Origin: Vicugna vicugna
Taxonomy: Eukaryota
DNA length: 64,000 bases
NCBI GenBank assembly: GCA_013265495.1
Contig: MU058636.1
Span: 7,146,295-7,210,294 of the forward strand
Direction: 5' to 3'
The translations under genes were made by a program, and so were the position numbers. The notes under the pieces were generated by a model, which searched no databases, had not been told where the DNA came from, and saw nothing but the letters and a program-made list of their open reading frames with translations. This document shows, in pieces, positions 1 through 12,540 of this stretch. How positions within the stretch are numbered: position 1 is the first letter of the stretch; every line of letters begins with the position of its first letter.

Positions 1-2450
1 ATAAAAGGCTGTTTGGCTGGCAAGCTATTCAGACATATGGGCCATGCAATATTTATTTATGTGCATATACACATTTATCAACTTATGCTTGAATATCAAA
101 ACATTAAATACATTTCAATGTTGCCAATAGTCATAAATATATGGTATTCTTAGTCTAATTTTCTGTTACTAATATTTCTTAGTCTTGGAGTATATCTTCT
201 TCATTTGTCTCATTCTTTGATCTGACAGGGATAACAAAGCATTCCTTTGGCTCTGCTATGGTAAAAATATGCCCATACGAAGCAGAATAGATCACTTCAG
301 TTTTTATTTTCTTGCTGAAACATTCCTTGCTACTACAGAGAACTGACATGATAGGGCTGTCAAGAACCAACAAGACAGATGTGTCTTTAACAAAAACAGC
401 TGCAATGCTGGCTTTCCTAGAAGATGAACTTAACAAAATTTATAAGGAAAAAAAATTGACCCACAAAAGTCCCAGTGATGTAAGTGAAGGTATTTGTAGT
501 GAGAACATTGATGGCCTCTACAGTCATTGCTTACTCTTTCTGTGAATTTGTCATCTCTGGTCTTTTCCTTTCCCTGTTTCTGACTTCTTTCTTTGAACTG
601 ACCAAAAATATGAACACCCATTTTTGGATCATTTGAGTGGGCAGTTGTACAGTGTAGTCTAGTTACCTGTGCCATGATACCGAATTGTTTTCAAAGGAGG
701 GATGTTCTCCTAGGCAATTATTCTGAGACATGATTCCAATAGTTGATCAACAGAAAGGCTGATAAAGATTTCCTAAAACCACCTTAATTTTTCCCTTATA
801 ATTAGTAGAAGTTTTCCTGAGCTAAAAATGCTAACAAATTCAAAAGCCAAATTAAAACAGAAGGGAAAAGCCAATATTTTAAATTATAGGACTGGAAACA
901 CACATTAGGTATTCTTTGAATTTAAAGAATCATTTTGGGAACAAGAAGAGTATTATGACCCCTAAAACTAATGAGTATATGTTCAAATGTACCTGTTAAC
1001 GTCCAGCAGGAAGACATGCATTGGGGTGATTCAGCGAATGGAGTTTCTACGTAGGAATTAGTATCAAGGAAATTAATGACACACATTTAATTTTGATTAG
1101 TGAATAAATCCTTAATTTAGGTTTATCTTTTCTCCTAATTACTGCCGTCCTTTGCTAGTCCATGGTCATCAATCGTCCATAGAAAAGCATAAATAATGCA
1201 GCTAGTCAAAGTGGGATGTGTGTCATTTATGTGAGGTGTGCTTTTTCTCCTCTTTGTGTTATTTTGATTGTTTGGTGCTGAGAAGTGCTAATTATCGATT
1301 TTCAGAAATTAACAGCAAATGCTTTTGCAAGCATCTAAAGTCATATTTTACGCACGGAAGAAGGATGACAATTGCAGCCTGCTGTTTGTAGTAGAAATTG
1401 CTGGAAGGAATTTCTTTATCTTCTATTAACATAGATTTCAGCTATGTTACACAGTTGTTACCTTAGCATAAATTAACAGTGATTCAAAACACATTGCGTG
1501 CTTCATATTGTTGAAGCAGATATTACTCAAGCTAAGTACCTAAGCATTTCAGTTAGATGTTTAGGACTCATTTTTAAAGGTTTTAAACATATTGATAATG
1601 AGCCTATTTAAAGCCATTTGATCTCAATATAGTATATCTAAATTATTGTTTCCCATTTATGCCAAATTAAAGAAGAGCATTTTGATCTGCCAAATACATG
1701 CAATACTATTTTTAATTTGAATTTACTTTAATAAAAGTGCATGATTTCATTTTGTAATGTTTATGCCAGCACCTGGTGAACCTTTGTCTTGATGTCTTCC
1801 CACATACCAAACAAATCTATTTCAGCTTTTATTATTTTCATTATTATCTTCTTTGCACGATCAGACATTCCAAGTGAACTTATTTCATATAGTGAAGAAG
1901 GGTCACCACCTGTACTCTGCCTCTCTCTCATTCCTCCTCCTCCATCACTGCCTTCTCCTCAACTTCAGTCCCTCCTCCATTTCCTGCATCAGCCGGCATA
2001 GAGTTTGCTTCATCTAAATCCATTCAGCCAGGGAGAATCTGGCAGGGACATAATACTGATTCCTCTCACATACCATTAAGCATTCCTGGGTTGAGTATTC
2101 TGCTTATGTACTAGTAAGTGATCAAGCCAAAAGTGAGCAAAGAACCAAAAACCTGGAAACATCCTTAAGAGATCATCTGCTGAAACCCTTGTTTCAGGTA
2201 CGTCAGTCTCTAAATCATCTAGAAAAGAGTGTTTTAATTCTCTTCCTGAGGATCGACAAGTATACATGGCAAAGAGACTTCATGGCCTCCCCCAAGAAGC
2301 TTAAAACCGTGTTTTCCTGCAAAATATTCTAAATCCTCAGTGAAATGTCTTGGACTTGGATATAATCATATGTTGTACAGTCCTACCTGGAAATGAAGTT
2401 AAAAACTAGCCAGCATTTTTATTATATATTATACAAATACCATTTCTACT

Positions 2451-3730
2451 TGTATCAATCAGGGTCTCAGCACATTACTCTCTCAAAGGGATAATGAAGA
2501 CCCCAAAAAAGATATACAAATGGCCAACAAGCACAGGGAAAGATTCTCAACATCACTAATCATTAGGGAAATTTAAATCAAAACCACAGTGAGATTACAA
2601 CCTCATACCCATTAGGCTGGCTACCGTCAAACAAACAAACAGAAAATAGCAAATGTTGGCAAGGATGTGGAGAAACTGGAACCCTTGGGCACTACTGTGA
2701 GAATGTCAAATGGTGCAGCCTCTCTGGAAAACAGTACAGAAGTTCCTCAAAAAATGAAAAATAGACCTACCGTATGATCCAGCAATTCCACTCCTGGGTA
2801 TATATCTGAAAGAATTGAAAGCAAGAGTTCAAAGAATAATTTGTACAGCCACGTTCATAGCAGCATTATTCACAATAGCCAAAGGGTAGAAGCAACCCGA
2901 GGGCCTTATTAGCAGTTGAGTGGATAACCAAAATGTGACATATACATACAGTGGAGTATTATTCAGCCTTAAAAAGGAAGGGAATTCTGACACATGCTGT
3001 AACAGGGATGAACCTGGAGGATGAATATTATGCTAAGAGAAATAAACCTGTCACAACAAGACAAATTACTGTATGGTTCCAGGTGCCTAGAACAGTTAAA
3101 ATCATAGAGACAGAAAGTAGAAGGGTGGTTTCTAGGGGATAGGGGAAGGTGAAATGGGCAGTTATTTAATGAGTACAGAGTTTCAGTTTTTCAAGATAAA
3201 GAGAGTTCCAGAGATCGGTTGCACAACAGTATGAATGTATTTAGCTCTACTGAACTGTACACTTAAAATGGTTACGATGATAAATTTTATGTTGTGTGTA
3301 TTTTACTGCAGTTTTAAAAAACTTTAAAGGGATAATGAAAAGTTTAATTATAGTCCTATTTACAGAAATATGGGCAGGATAAAGTGGATGACGGAGGAAG
3401 GCAAAGCCTCCAGGGATTAACAGCTAGGTGTCACACCTAGGCCTGAGGACATAAGGGGAGGGAGCTTTTGGCTGAGCTTGGCAGGAGAAGTAGCCCTGGA
3501 AGGTGGTCACCCCGCAGGACCGGTGGCCTTAGGTAGAGAAGTGCAGCCCAGCCACTGCCAAACTGGGACTTGGCAATGAGGGACACACCATAAAAATTCA
3601 CCTTTCTTTTGTCCTGACTTCTCAGCAGCTGAAGCCAGTGGGAAGCCAGAGGGGGAGGGAGAACCAGTGATGTAGTCCATGGAGACCAGGCTCCTGGGAA
3701 CCAGGATGCTGACCCAGCTCACTTCTCTGC
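2451..3730. mobile_element. Old ERVL/MaLR-type LTR remnant interrupted by the L1 at 2501-3325
   Basis: tgtatcaatcagggtc... start continues across the TSD into ...ctatttacagaaatatgggcagg...cctaggcctgagg; family recalled from memory; boundaries approximate. Confidence 0.45.
2501..3325 (+). mobile_element. 5'-truncated LINE-1 (L1MA/MB-like 3' end) with 14-bp target-site duplication
   Basis: Typical L1 ORF2-end and 3'UTR text (aaatggccaacaagcac...gatccagcaattccactcctgggtatata...tgaactgtacacttaaaatgg); AAAGGGATAATGAA at 2485-2498 and 3326-3339. Confidence 0.9.
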
Positions 3731-6199
3731 CCCTCTGAGTTAGTCACCACTCTAGGATGAGCAGACTTACTTAAGGCATCCAGGGAAGGACAGCCACTAC
3801 CTGCTACACTAAAATACATGTGCTTTTTCAACCTGACTTGACTTATACTTATTTTTAGGTAGAAAGGTTGAGTGAGCTGGCCACCAATGGCACTGACCTA
3901 ATTTAAAAAAAAAAAAAAAAAGTTCCGGACAGACCCTTCTCATATGTAGAGGATATGGTGCTTGTTTTTTCACATTCATTTGGTTAGTCAATTACGTAAT
4001 ATCCTTGCGCTTCATCATTCCAAGGAGGAAATAGGAATCAGCAGGAGGATAAGTCTCGTCTTCATTTTTTTTTTTTTAGATTTATACCAAAAGAATACAA
4101 CCAAGCACTCAGGCAGGTAAAAGAGCAAATCCAAACCCCCTTCCTCAAGTATGGTCTGACATCATCTGATAGCTAAAGAAATGTGACTCTTTTTCATTTG
4201 AATTACCAAATATTTGCTTAAATATTCTAACAATTTTTGCATAATACTATGCAAAATAATTTTGCAGCCTTAATGCAGTTGATTGTTAAAACAAAGGAAA
4301 CATCCTGGTTCTTCTGTTTTGTAGTTTCTATGAAAAACTAGAAGCAGTTGAAAATAAAATAGCATTTTAATTTTTTATATAGTTAAATGTTTATAAGGCA
4401 AGAAATAATAAAGTACAGCTGTTATTTGCTTGATTTATTTTGCTTGTTTCCCCAGCATTAAAAAGTAATGCTTTATATGATCTTGTTCTATTATAACAAT
4501 AAACCAGAAGCAAAAGCTTATCAGTTAAAATACATTTTTCCATTAAGTAATCTTTCTTTTTATCATTTCAGACTTCTCAAAATTCCATATTTTTTCCTAC
4601 TTGGTATAGAATTGGTAGAATTGGAGGTAGAACAGAAAGATGATAAAAAAAAATCACATATGCTTTTTAGTTGCATGTCTAAGTTGTATTTTTCTGGTTA
4701 AAAAAAAAAAGATTACCCACTCTCAAGCATTAAAATAAAAGCATTATAAGTAAGAACTGCATAGTGAGATTAAACACAATACTAAGGACAGTTCTTGAAA
4801 ATCTTTTTCTGTGTTCCCAAGCTTTTACTATTTTTTTCTTAAATTGTCAGAAAATTGTCGATAACTGACTCACAGTTTGGACAGAGTCTGGTATTTTGCA
4901 TTGTGGGTAGTGTAGCTTGTGGTGCTTTATAAATGCCAGTTTTTCTGGAAAACCATTTAAAAGATTGTACAGTCCAAGGGAAGTGGATGAAGCAGGTCAT
5001 TTGACAGCCTATCTCATTAGCTTCCTCACACTGTCTCTCCCATGGCACTCAGACCTGATGGTGTTTCATCTGAAAGGCAATACTAAACTGCATTTGCAAA
5101 AAAGACTAGAGTTGTGAAGATTCTATGGGAGAAAAGAAGTACCTGGGTTAAATTTACCTGCATTGAGGAAAAGACAAGATTAATCTAATTTTTTAATCTG
5201 GCGCATACCAGAGAAAGTGTAAATAGATAACTAGGCTACACAAAGGGAAGGAGAAAGCACATTTGTTCACCTAAACAGTAATTTCTTTCTTTTGGAGTAT
5301 TTTGAATGTATCATTAATTTGAACGTCATTCTAAACTATGACTTAGCTGCTGCTATGTTTACTTTCACCTTGGCTGTGAAGTCTTTGCATTAACGAGCAG
5401 ACAAATAAGACACATAAACCACAGCATGTTCACTTCCTTTTCTGAAGATTTAATCCCAGACTTGTATCTTTATTCATAGAGGAGGTAGAACTTTCTTGGG
5501 AGGGAAGGCAAGAAGGAAAAAAAAAGCAATTAAGCAAGAGGTGCAACAGGTCAGAGGAATAAGGCATACACATGTCATAGGCATAGCAAACACATATGGC
5601 CTCTTTGTGCAAACTAAAAAAAGACACTCTCTTTAGGAGGATGAATTTTAAAAGGTGCTGCTTCCTCTGGCAATTGGGGTCAATTCCATCACTCATTTGC
5701 CCCCTAACCGGGCACCTTTGCATATGGCATCAGTGACACAGCCACACAGTGGCCCTCACCTGTGGGGAAGATGGAAGACTGGAGAGAGCTTGCTGAGAAT
5801 AAGTGAGAAGAGAGGAGAGTTGGATGAAGGCATGGGTAATTTTGGAACTTGGCAGGTGTGTCCTGGAGGATTTGTCAAAGAGAGCCTAACAAGACCAAGG
5901 AATGGGACGATCAGAAAGTAGGGAAGGGACAAGAAGGAAACTGTCCTAATAGGAACTTTCCCCAGTGGGAACTTTGTATTACAGATAAGCAGGTAAAACT
6001 GAGTCGTGGGTCTTATTTGTGTATGAAATTTGAAAACCACACATACTGTGCAAATGTACTTCCGTTGTTCTCCTAAGCATAGTTCAGTTCACATCTTCCT
6101 TCACTTCTCTACCTTCCCCTACAGAATTCCATGTTTTAAAACTTCCCCCAAGGGGTTGAAAAGGTCTTTTTTTCCCCCTCTAATTTTATAACCTACCTA

Positions 6200-6423
6200 T
6201 TTTTTTACTGAAGTATAATTGATTTACAATGTTCTGTTAGTTTCAGGTGTACAGCAGAGTGACTCAGTTATACATTGTTTTTAGATTCTTTTTCATTATA
6301 GGTTATTACAAGAAGTTGAATATAGTTCCCTGTGCTATACAGCAGGTCCTTGTTGTTTATCTGTTTTATATATTGTAGTGTGTATCTGTTAATCTCACGC
6401 TCCTAATTTATCCCTCCCTCCCT
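6200..6423 (-). mobile_element. Short LINE-1 3' end (cetartiodactyl type) with 11-bp TSD
   Basis: T-tract followed by gaagtataattgatttacaatgtt...atagttccctgtgctatacagcaggtcc; TAACCTACCTA at 6189-6199 and 6424-6434. Confidence 0.85.
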
Positions 6424-6784
6424 TAACCTACCTACTCCTTGACAGATGTTAGCTGGAAAGAAAAATAAATGCCAAATATATGGTGACTGCTCAACAAATA
6501 TTCAACAAAATTTTTATAAGAATAAGTAAGAATTGATATAACAATTAAAATTTAAATCTCTTAATAAACTAACTTAATTGTCCTTTCTATCTGAACAATT
6601 CTTGGTGAAGAAGTAAAGCAGTATTCCTTATATAATTATTTTATCAGACACCACTGAGTTTGATACGTAAGAGTTTCAGCATATCAGTACCCTGAAAGGC
6701 CACACGGCCTAAATCATTGCTCTGTTTACAGCTTTGACTTTTTCATACTGCATTCACGGATACTTACAAATACTCAAAATCAGC

Positions 6785-7425
6785 ACAATCACTTTGAAGA
6801 ACAATTTAGGAACAATTCCTTCCCTGTGACTCAGCAACCCCATACCTAGGTATACACCTGTCAGAAGTGACTTCTCACCTCTCTCAAAAGACATGTGCAA
6901 GAATTTTCTAAGCAGCTTTATTCATAATTAACAACCCAAATATCCATCAACAGGAGAATTGATATGTTGTGGCAGATTAACATAATGGAATACTGAACAG
7001 CAAAAGAAAAACAAAACGCTGTTGACACACAGCAGGAAGGATGAATCTCACAGACATTATGTTGATCAGGAAAAGATACAATAAAGATATTATACAATTC
7101 CATTTATCACAAGTTCAAGAACAGAAAAATAATCAATGATGATAAACATCAAAATAGTGATCAGCTTGGCGGATGGTGAGGAGTGGGAATTAGTGGCTGG
7201 CGGGAAAAGAGGCAATCTTGACATATGTACAATTCCAGTAACCACCACCCAGGTCGAGATATGGAACCTTCCAGTTCCATTCCAGAGCCCTCTGTCTTGA
7301 TCTGGGTGGTGGTATAAGGCGAAAAAGATACAAACACACACACACATACCTATACAGTCACCAAACTATACACGTAAGATTAGTGTACTTCATGAACTTT
7401 ATCTTTCTTAAACCTCAAAAAATAG
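6785..7425 (+). mobile_element. Old LINE-1 3' fragment (L1MC/ME-like)
   Basis: Degenerate L1 3' motifs (gactcagcaacc...ggatgaatctcacagacattatgttga...caattccatttat). Confidence 0.7.
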
Positions 7426-7672
7426 ATAGCAAATTCAGCAATTACAATGGCTTGTGAAACAAGGTTATTATTTAAGTATAAGCAGATTTATATTTTGATG
7501 TTATCCTACCAAAGGGTTACCTAGTAATGAATACATGGTCTTTCATATTTGTAAAATACCAAAGGTTTTGTCAGTCACATTTGTTTTCAGAACTCTAGTG
7601 TTTTAAGCCTATGTTAGATTTGTATGAAATATGTGACTTGTAACATCACTGTCTATTATATGTAAAAAATTA

Positions 7673-7850
7673 CTATAACTCACTGATTCTAAGATGTATG
7701 TCATTTTTATATCTCAGTATTCCAAATCCCAGTGCCTTACAGTCAATGATGTATTGTTGTTTAATTGGCAACTTTTTTCACTTCTTGAGAGTATACAAAA
7801 TAATGATGCTTCTAATAATGGATAACATCTTAGATTCAATGAAGTAAGCT
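7673..7850. mobile_element. MER104-like non-autonomous DNA transposon (Tc2 group)
   Basis: ~180 bp with degenerate inverted ends (cactgattctaagatg ... catcttagattcaatgaa) and internal gtttaattggca. Confidence 0.65.
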
Positions 7851-8024
7851 ATCTTTACAGACCTATTTCCCCAGATTGAGGCTTCTGCCATACGCATTAC
7901 ACAATTCATGGGCTCTCACACACACAATGTTAGTTCATTCTTTCTTCACTGGAAAGTGCAATAGATACACAAAGCAATAGATTTCTTATAACACAAACTG
8001 AAGTGTTGGTACTAGATTTTAAAA

Positions 8025-8270
8025 GGATTCACAAACTGAAGTCTATAGGATTCAGGCAGGGAGTGAATTAGGGAAGCAGGCCAGCTGGCAGTGCATGCAT
8101 GGGTCACATGAGTGGTGGGCATGAAAAAAGAGTCTCTGTGCCTTGGTTCCAGACATGTGTTGCATGCAGGAATGCTGATGGGGTTAATGCCAGATCTTCT
8201 GGTTTTTCCAAGAGAAGCCAAAAAATCCAATTTACCATATGAAATTTCCTGACACATAAATTTTGGCCAC
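8025..8270 (+). mobile_element. MER102-like hAT fossil
   Basis: Recognised motif gccagatcttctggtttttccaagagaagcc...tgaaatttcctgac. Confidence 0.55.
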
Positions 8271-8354
8271 TAGACTCATGTCTGTGAGATGACTCTAGAT
8301 TCCAGTGTGTGACATCTGGCTGAGTGTAAGCCCTGTGGTGTCCTGGCTAGAATA

Positions 8355-8466
8355 TAACCTCTAGGAAAGCAGGCATCTTTATCTGTTTGTTTGGTGAGTA
8401 TCAGAGCTATCTAGAACGGTACTGGGTACATAGTAGGTGCTCAATAAGTATATGTTTTATAAATAA
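8355..8466 (+). mobile_element. L2 3' end fragment
   Basis: ctagaacggtactgggtacatagtaggtgctcaataagtat, the canonical L2 tail. Confidence 0.7.
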
Positions 8467-11390
8467 CATGGTCTCTCTGGTCCATGCAGAATATATAGAG
8501 AAAAAGAAAGATGTCGAAATTTTTAAGATCCTATTTCTGATAATACAGGAAAAAATCCACCTTATAAGTAACTGTAAGTAGTTTGGGTTTTTTTTTAACT
8601 TAATATATTTGGAAAAAGTGTATTAATGGAAAAATTCCATGATACGGCAAAGAAGTCCATATAGCAAAAACTCTTTTCATGTTGTTGACCAGCTAATTTC
8701 TACTTAACCTTCAAACCTCAGCTCATGTCCTTTTTCTGGAAGTCTCTTCCCTAAAGGCCCTACACTACCCCCCATCCTCCACTCTGAGTCTGATTTAGAC
8801 ATCACTCCTCCAGGCTCCCAGGCACTCCAGGCTGGCCTCTACCGTGGTCCTACCTGCCGTGGGCAACGATGTACTCATCTCATGTCCTTATGGGCTGAAA
8901 ACGTCTGGAGGGCAGTCTGATACCTGATTTTGTATCCCTTGGCGTAGAGTTAACATTCAACAGATGTTTGTTGACTTAATTGTTTTTGTGATATTGAATT
9001 GTAAAAGTAAAGAACTCTGAAGTTTTCTCTGCTACTATGCTTTTCTTTTTTCAGGCTGCCTTTCAATTTTGCCCAAATGCCCCACCATTTCCCCACATTT
9101 ATATTCAGCAAACATATTTGGACTCTGTAGGGCTAAATCACAGCCCTGACTGGCAGAGGTTCACAGTCTGAGCAAACAGACACACGTAAAGTATTACTTG
9201 TTGAATTCCATGGAAAAAGGGGGAAAATATCCTGTGAGAATATGGAGAACATTCATTATGATTTTAGGGCATCTAGGAAGGATTTAGAACCCTGCCCAAG
9301 GTTAGCATGAAGGGAAGTGTTACCTCCTACATCAGAACATCTACTCAGTTGCTACGCTTCATAGGTCGCAGAATGGGCTGTGTATATCCCCGGGCATGCT
9401 CCCGTACAAAGTACCTCCCTTCTTGATGAGAAAGAACACGTTGATGGGTTCTAAAAGTGAGGGAGCACAGAAAACAGATGACAGGGAGAACCGGTCAAGA
9501 AAATCAGTAGGTACTCCCTTCCCATTCAAACACTGTAATAGACTTCGGGAAGGCAGCATGTTTTTTCAAGATCAGAAAGACCTGTACAGTTTAACATCAG
9601 AGGGTAAGGACTTATTGGAAGGCAGTGTTACAAGGTAGCTAGAAGATAAATATCGGAGTAAGAACCTTTAGGTCATGAAAGCATGTGATGTGAATCACAA
9701 GGAAGAGGGATTCAGTTTAATCTTAAAAGAAATAAAAGTTGAATGTTGGGAATAGATTGTCTTAATGAAACTGTGAGATTGAGCACAATTTAAGATTTAC
9801 TCTGATGCCATTGAGAGTCATTTAAGATATGTGGGTGTACATTCTGCCTCGGTCCAAAAGGATCAGAGGCGGGACCCACGAAAGAGAACTGTAGAGACTT
9901 CTGGAAATTAAATCCATTTCCTAACATATTCGAATCTAATATTTTTATTTCCTTTTCAGAAAATAATTTAAGTCAAGCAAACCAAGTTTGCTGATTCATT
10001 CTGTGAACATTTAAAGGCTACCTACTAAGTGCAAGGCACTGATGTAGAAATTTAAATGTGTTTGATGTTACTTCTGTCTTCCCTACCACCACCCTGGCCC
10101 TCTGTCTGGAGGAGTAAAAACACAGGCAGTAGTACTTGCTATTGGAGAGATTTAGTTTATGGTACATTAACCTAGATATTGGACATTTTCTAACCCGGGC
10201 AGCTTTAACAATATAGTTACTGCTTTTTTGTTTGTGTGTTTCTCATATAATTCTCAAGAGTTTACTGTTTATAATGTGAACCTAACCAGAAATGGTGTCT
10301 CCCCTTCCTAATCATAAATCTTGCACTGGGGAGATAAAGTATGATGGTATCTACATGAGTATGATTTAGTTTAGTAGTCACCCTTTGCGTATGAATGGAT
10401 ACCATGCAGATAAATGTATACATTAAAATTGGACAGCACTTAAAGAGAGTCAATAATTCATCCTGTAGCCTCTGCAGATAAAAGAACAAAACCCCCGTTT
10501 ATGCAGTTGCTAAAATATGGCAGATAATGATGCATTCATGTTTAATATTGCTAATAAATTTGAAAATTCACATTTTTATTGGTAAACATTTTCTTGAAAT
10601 GCAGTCTAGGAGGACAGATTGTTAAATTTAAGGACTTTATAAACGAGACTTGTAGATGGTGATGCTATTGGTGGCAGTGCTGTGTCGAGAGCCATCTGCC
10701 ACCTTACCTGCACTCCCAAGTACTCAGCAGTGAGTTTCATATTTCACTTTTATGTGCAACCAAACAGCACACAATTTTAGGGGAAAAATTAGCAGGTTAC
10801 AGAGTAATAATCATAATAAATATTGTGCTTCTCCTTGTTGACTTAAATTACATACTTAGAATATTTCAGAAAAATATTTGTTGGTCTAGCTTAAGATATT
10901 AAAAATTTCATCTGTAAAATTTATGTATAGAGGAAATACTTAAATCTCTTATGAGATTACCTCTTTGACCTACACACAAAAAAGGCATATTATATACACT
11001 TTATACAGTTAGAGATTTAAAATTATTTCTATTCACTGAAGTCACAAAACCACATTAATAGTTCCACCTGCATAGACTTTAATGACATTGCATAGCTCAG
11101 GATGCCCCAAGAATTATTTCCTCTTTGGGTTAATTCTCTCAAAAATTTCAGAAAATTTTCGAGCGAAATTAATTCATACCTTATAAATAAGATTCCAGAA
11201 TCATTTTACAGTAGCTTGGCACAGTAAAATACATTTTTTGTAGTGAGAGTTTTGCTGTATTAAATTATTACACAGAAGTCTTTGTATTCTTTCTACTGAT
11301 TGCCCTCTGAATTGATTAGAACGTGATTTTTTTTTAATTTTGTTTTGTATTCTTAGTGGACTTTACGTCTCGTTCTTTTTTCCCGTTAAG

Positions 11391-11453
11391 ATTCCAGAAG
11401 CTTATTTCATTAGAGATCCCCATACGTTCCTTCTTACAAAGGACTTTATTAAG
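11391..11453 (+). CDS. NBEA: Neurobeachin putative alternative cassette exon, 63 nt, IPEAYFIRDPHTFLLTKDFIK
   Basis: Pyrimidine tract and ...cccgttaag acceptor; AAG|gtatat donor; length divisible by 3, no stop codon, phase 0-0 matching the next exon 325 nt downstream; TGCATG motifs follow. Confidence 0.8.
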
Positions 11454-11499
11454 GTATATGTGTTGTATTTAGTGTTCAAAATATTCTTTGGTTTCTAGC

Positions 11500-11509
11500 T
11501 GCATGCATG
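11500..11509 (+). promoter_or_regulatory. Overlapping tandem RBFOX motifs TGCATGCATG
   Basis: Two overlapping UGCAUG hexamers ~47 nt downstream of the cassette-exon donor. Confidence 0.6.
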
Positions 11510-11739
11510 TACGCACAGGTTAACATTTACACATTTAACCTCAGCTTCTAAATAAGAATAGTGACTTGGTTAATGGAAGCATGTTTGGAAGGAGAAGCAA
11601 AGCTTGTCTACAAAATACTAACACTTGGATGATTCTGCACCCGGGGAGAAGAGCGCCCGGTGAATTTTTCTGGACTTTTTTCATGGCTGACTTGGGATAC
11701 ACTTGCGCTGTCAAAGAGTGCGTTGACCTCTCTTGTTGA

Positions 11740-11958
<219 letters not shown>

Positions 11959-12319
11959 TAAAAGGCTTCTCAGTTTATTGGTTAACTCTTCAGCCTAAGT
12001 ATAGACTGATCACTCTCAGGAGAGAGAATAACACAGTTCTTACCTCTTAGTTTGGCTTAAGCTAGTCCAATTTTGGATTCACAAAAATCGCCATCCTCTC
12101 TGACAATATATGCTTCTGCATGAACTCCATACACATACAACCTTTCAGACACATGCCAGCACCAAAATTAGAATAGATTTATAAGTCAAAATGAAAAATA
12201 TAATATAAACACTATATGATGCTGCCCAATTTAATCTTTTGGGGCAAGGTGGGACAGGTAGGGAGAGCAATTCATTTTAAGAAAAGAAAAGAAATAGAAA
12301 GATAATTTATAGCCACTGC

Positions 12320-12540
12320 AGGGAGGCAGTTGAGAAGAGGGGTTAAGAGCAGGGACCTCATAATAATGAATGAATTGGGCAAGGCATCTGAACTCTCTCT
12401 TTACATTTCAGCATGGATAACCTGGGGGTAAAAATAGTACCAACTCTGAAAACATGAGGACTCAACACTGTGCATGGCACTTGGACCAGCCCCTAGCATA
12501 CAGGTCTTCGGTAGATCTTAGCTGGTGTCATCACCATCAT
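12320..12540 (+). mobile_element. MIR-like fragment
   Basis: ggttaagagc...ttgggcaaggcatctgaactctct...aatagtacc, degenerate MIR core. Confidence 0.5.

Noticed and set aside
179..675. Overlapping short ORFs with somewhat protein-like composition (e.g. 312-545 +)
   Set aside because: Intronic, no recognisable homology to NBEA or any family I know, and no consistent splice signals; the size is expected by chance.
10690..10712. Strong donor-like CAG|GTAAGG on the - strand (possible antisense exon)
   Set aside because: An isolated 9-mer with no supportable partner acceptor; expected by chance in 64 kb.
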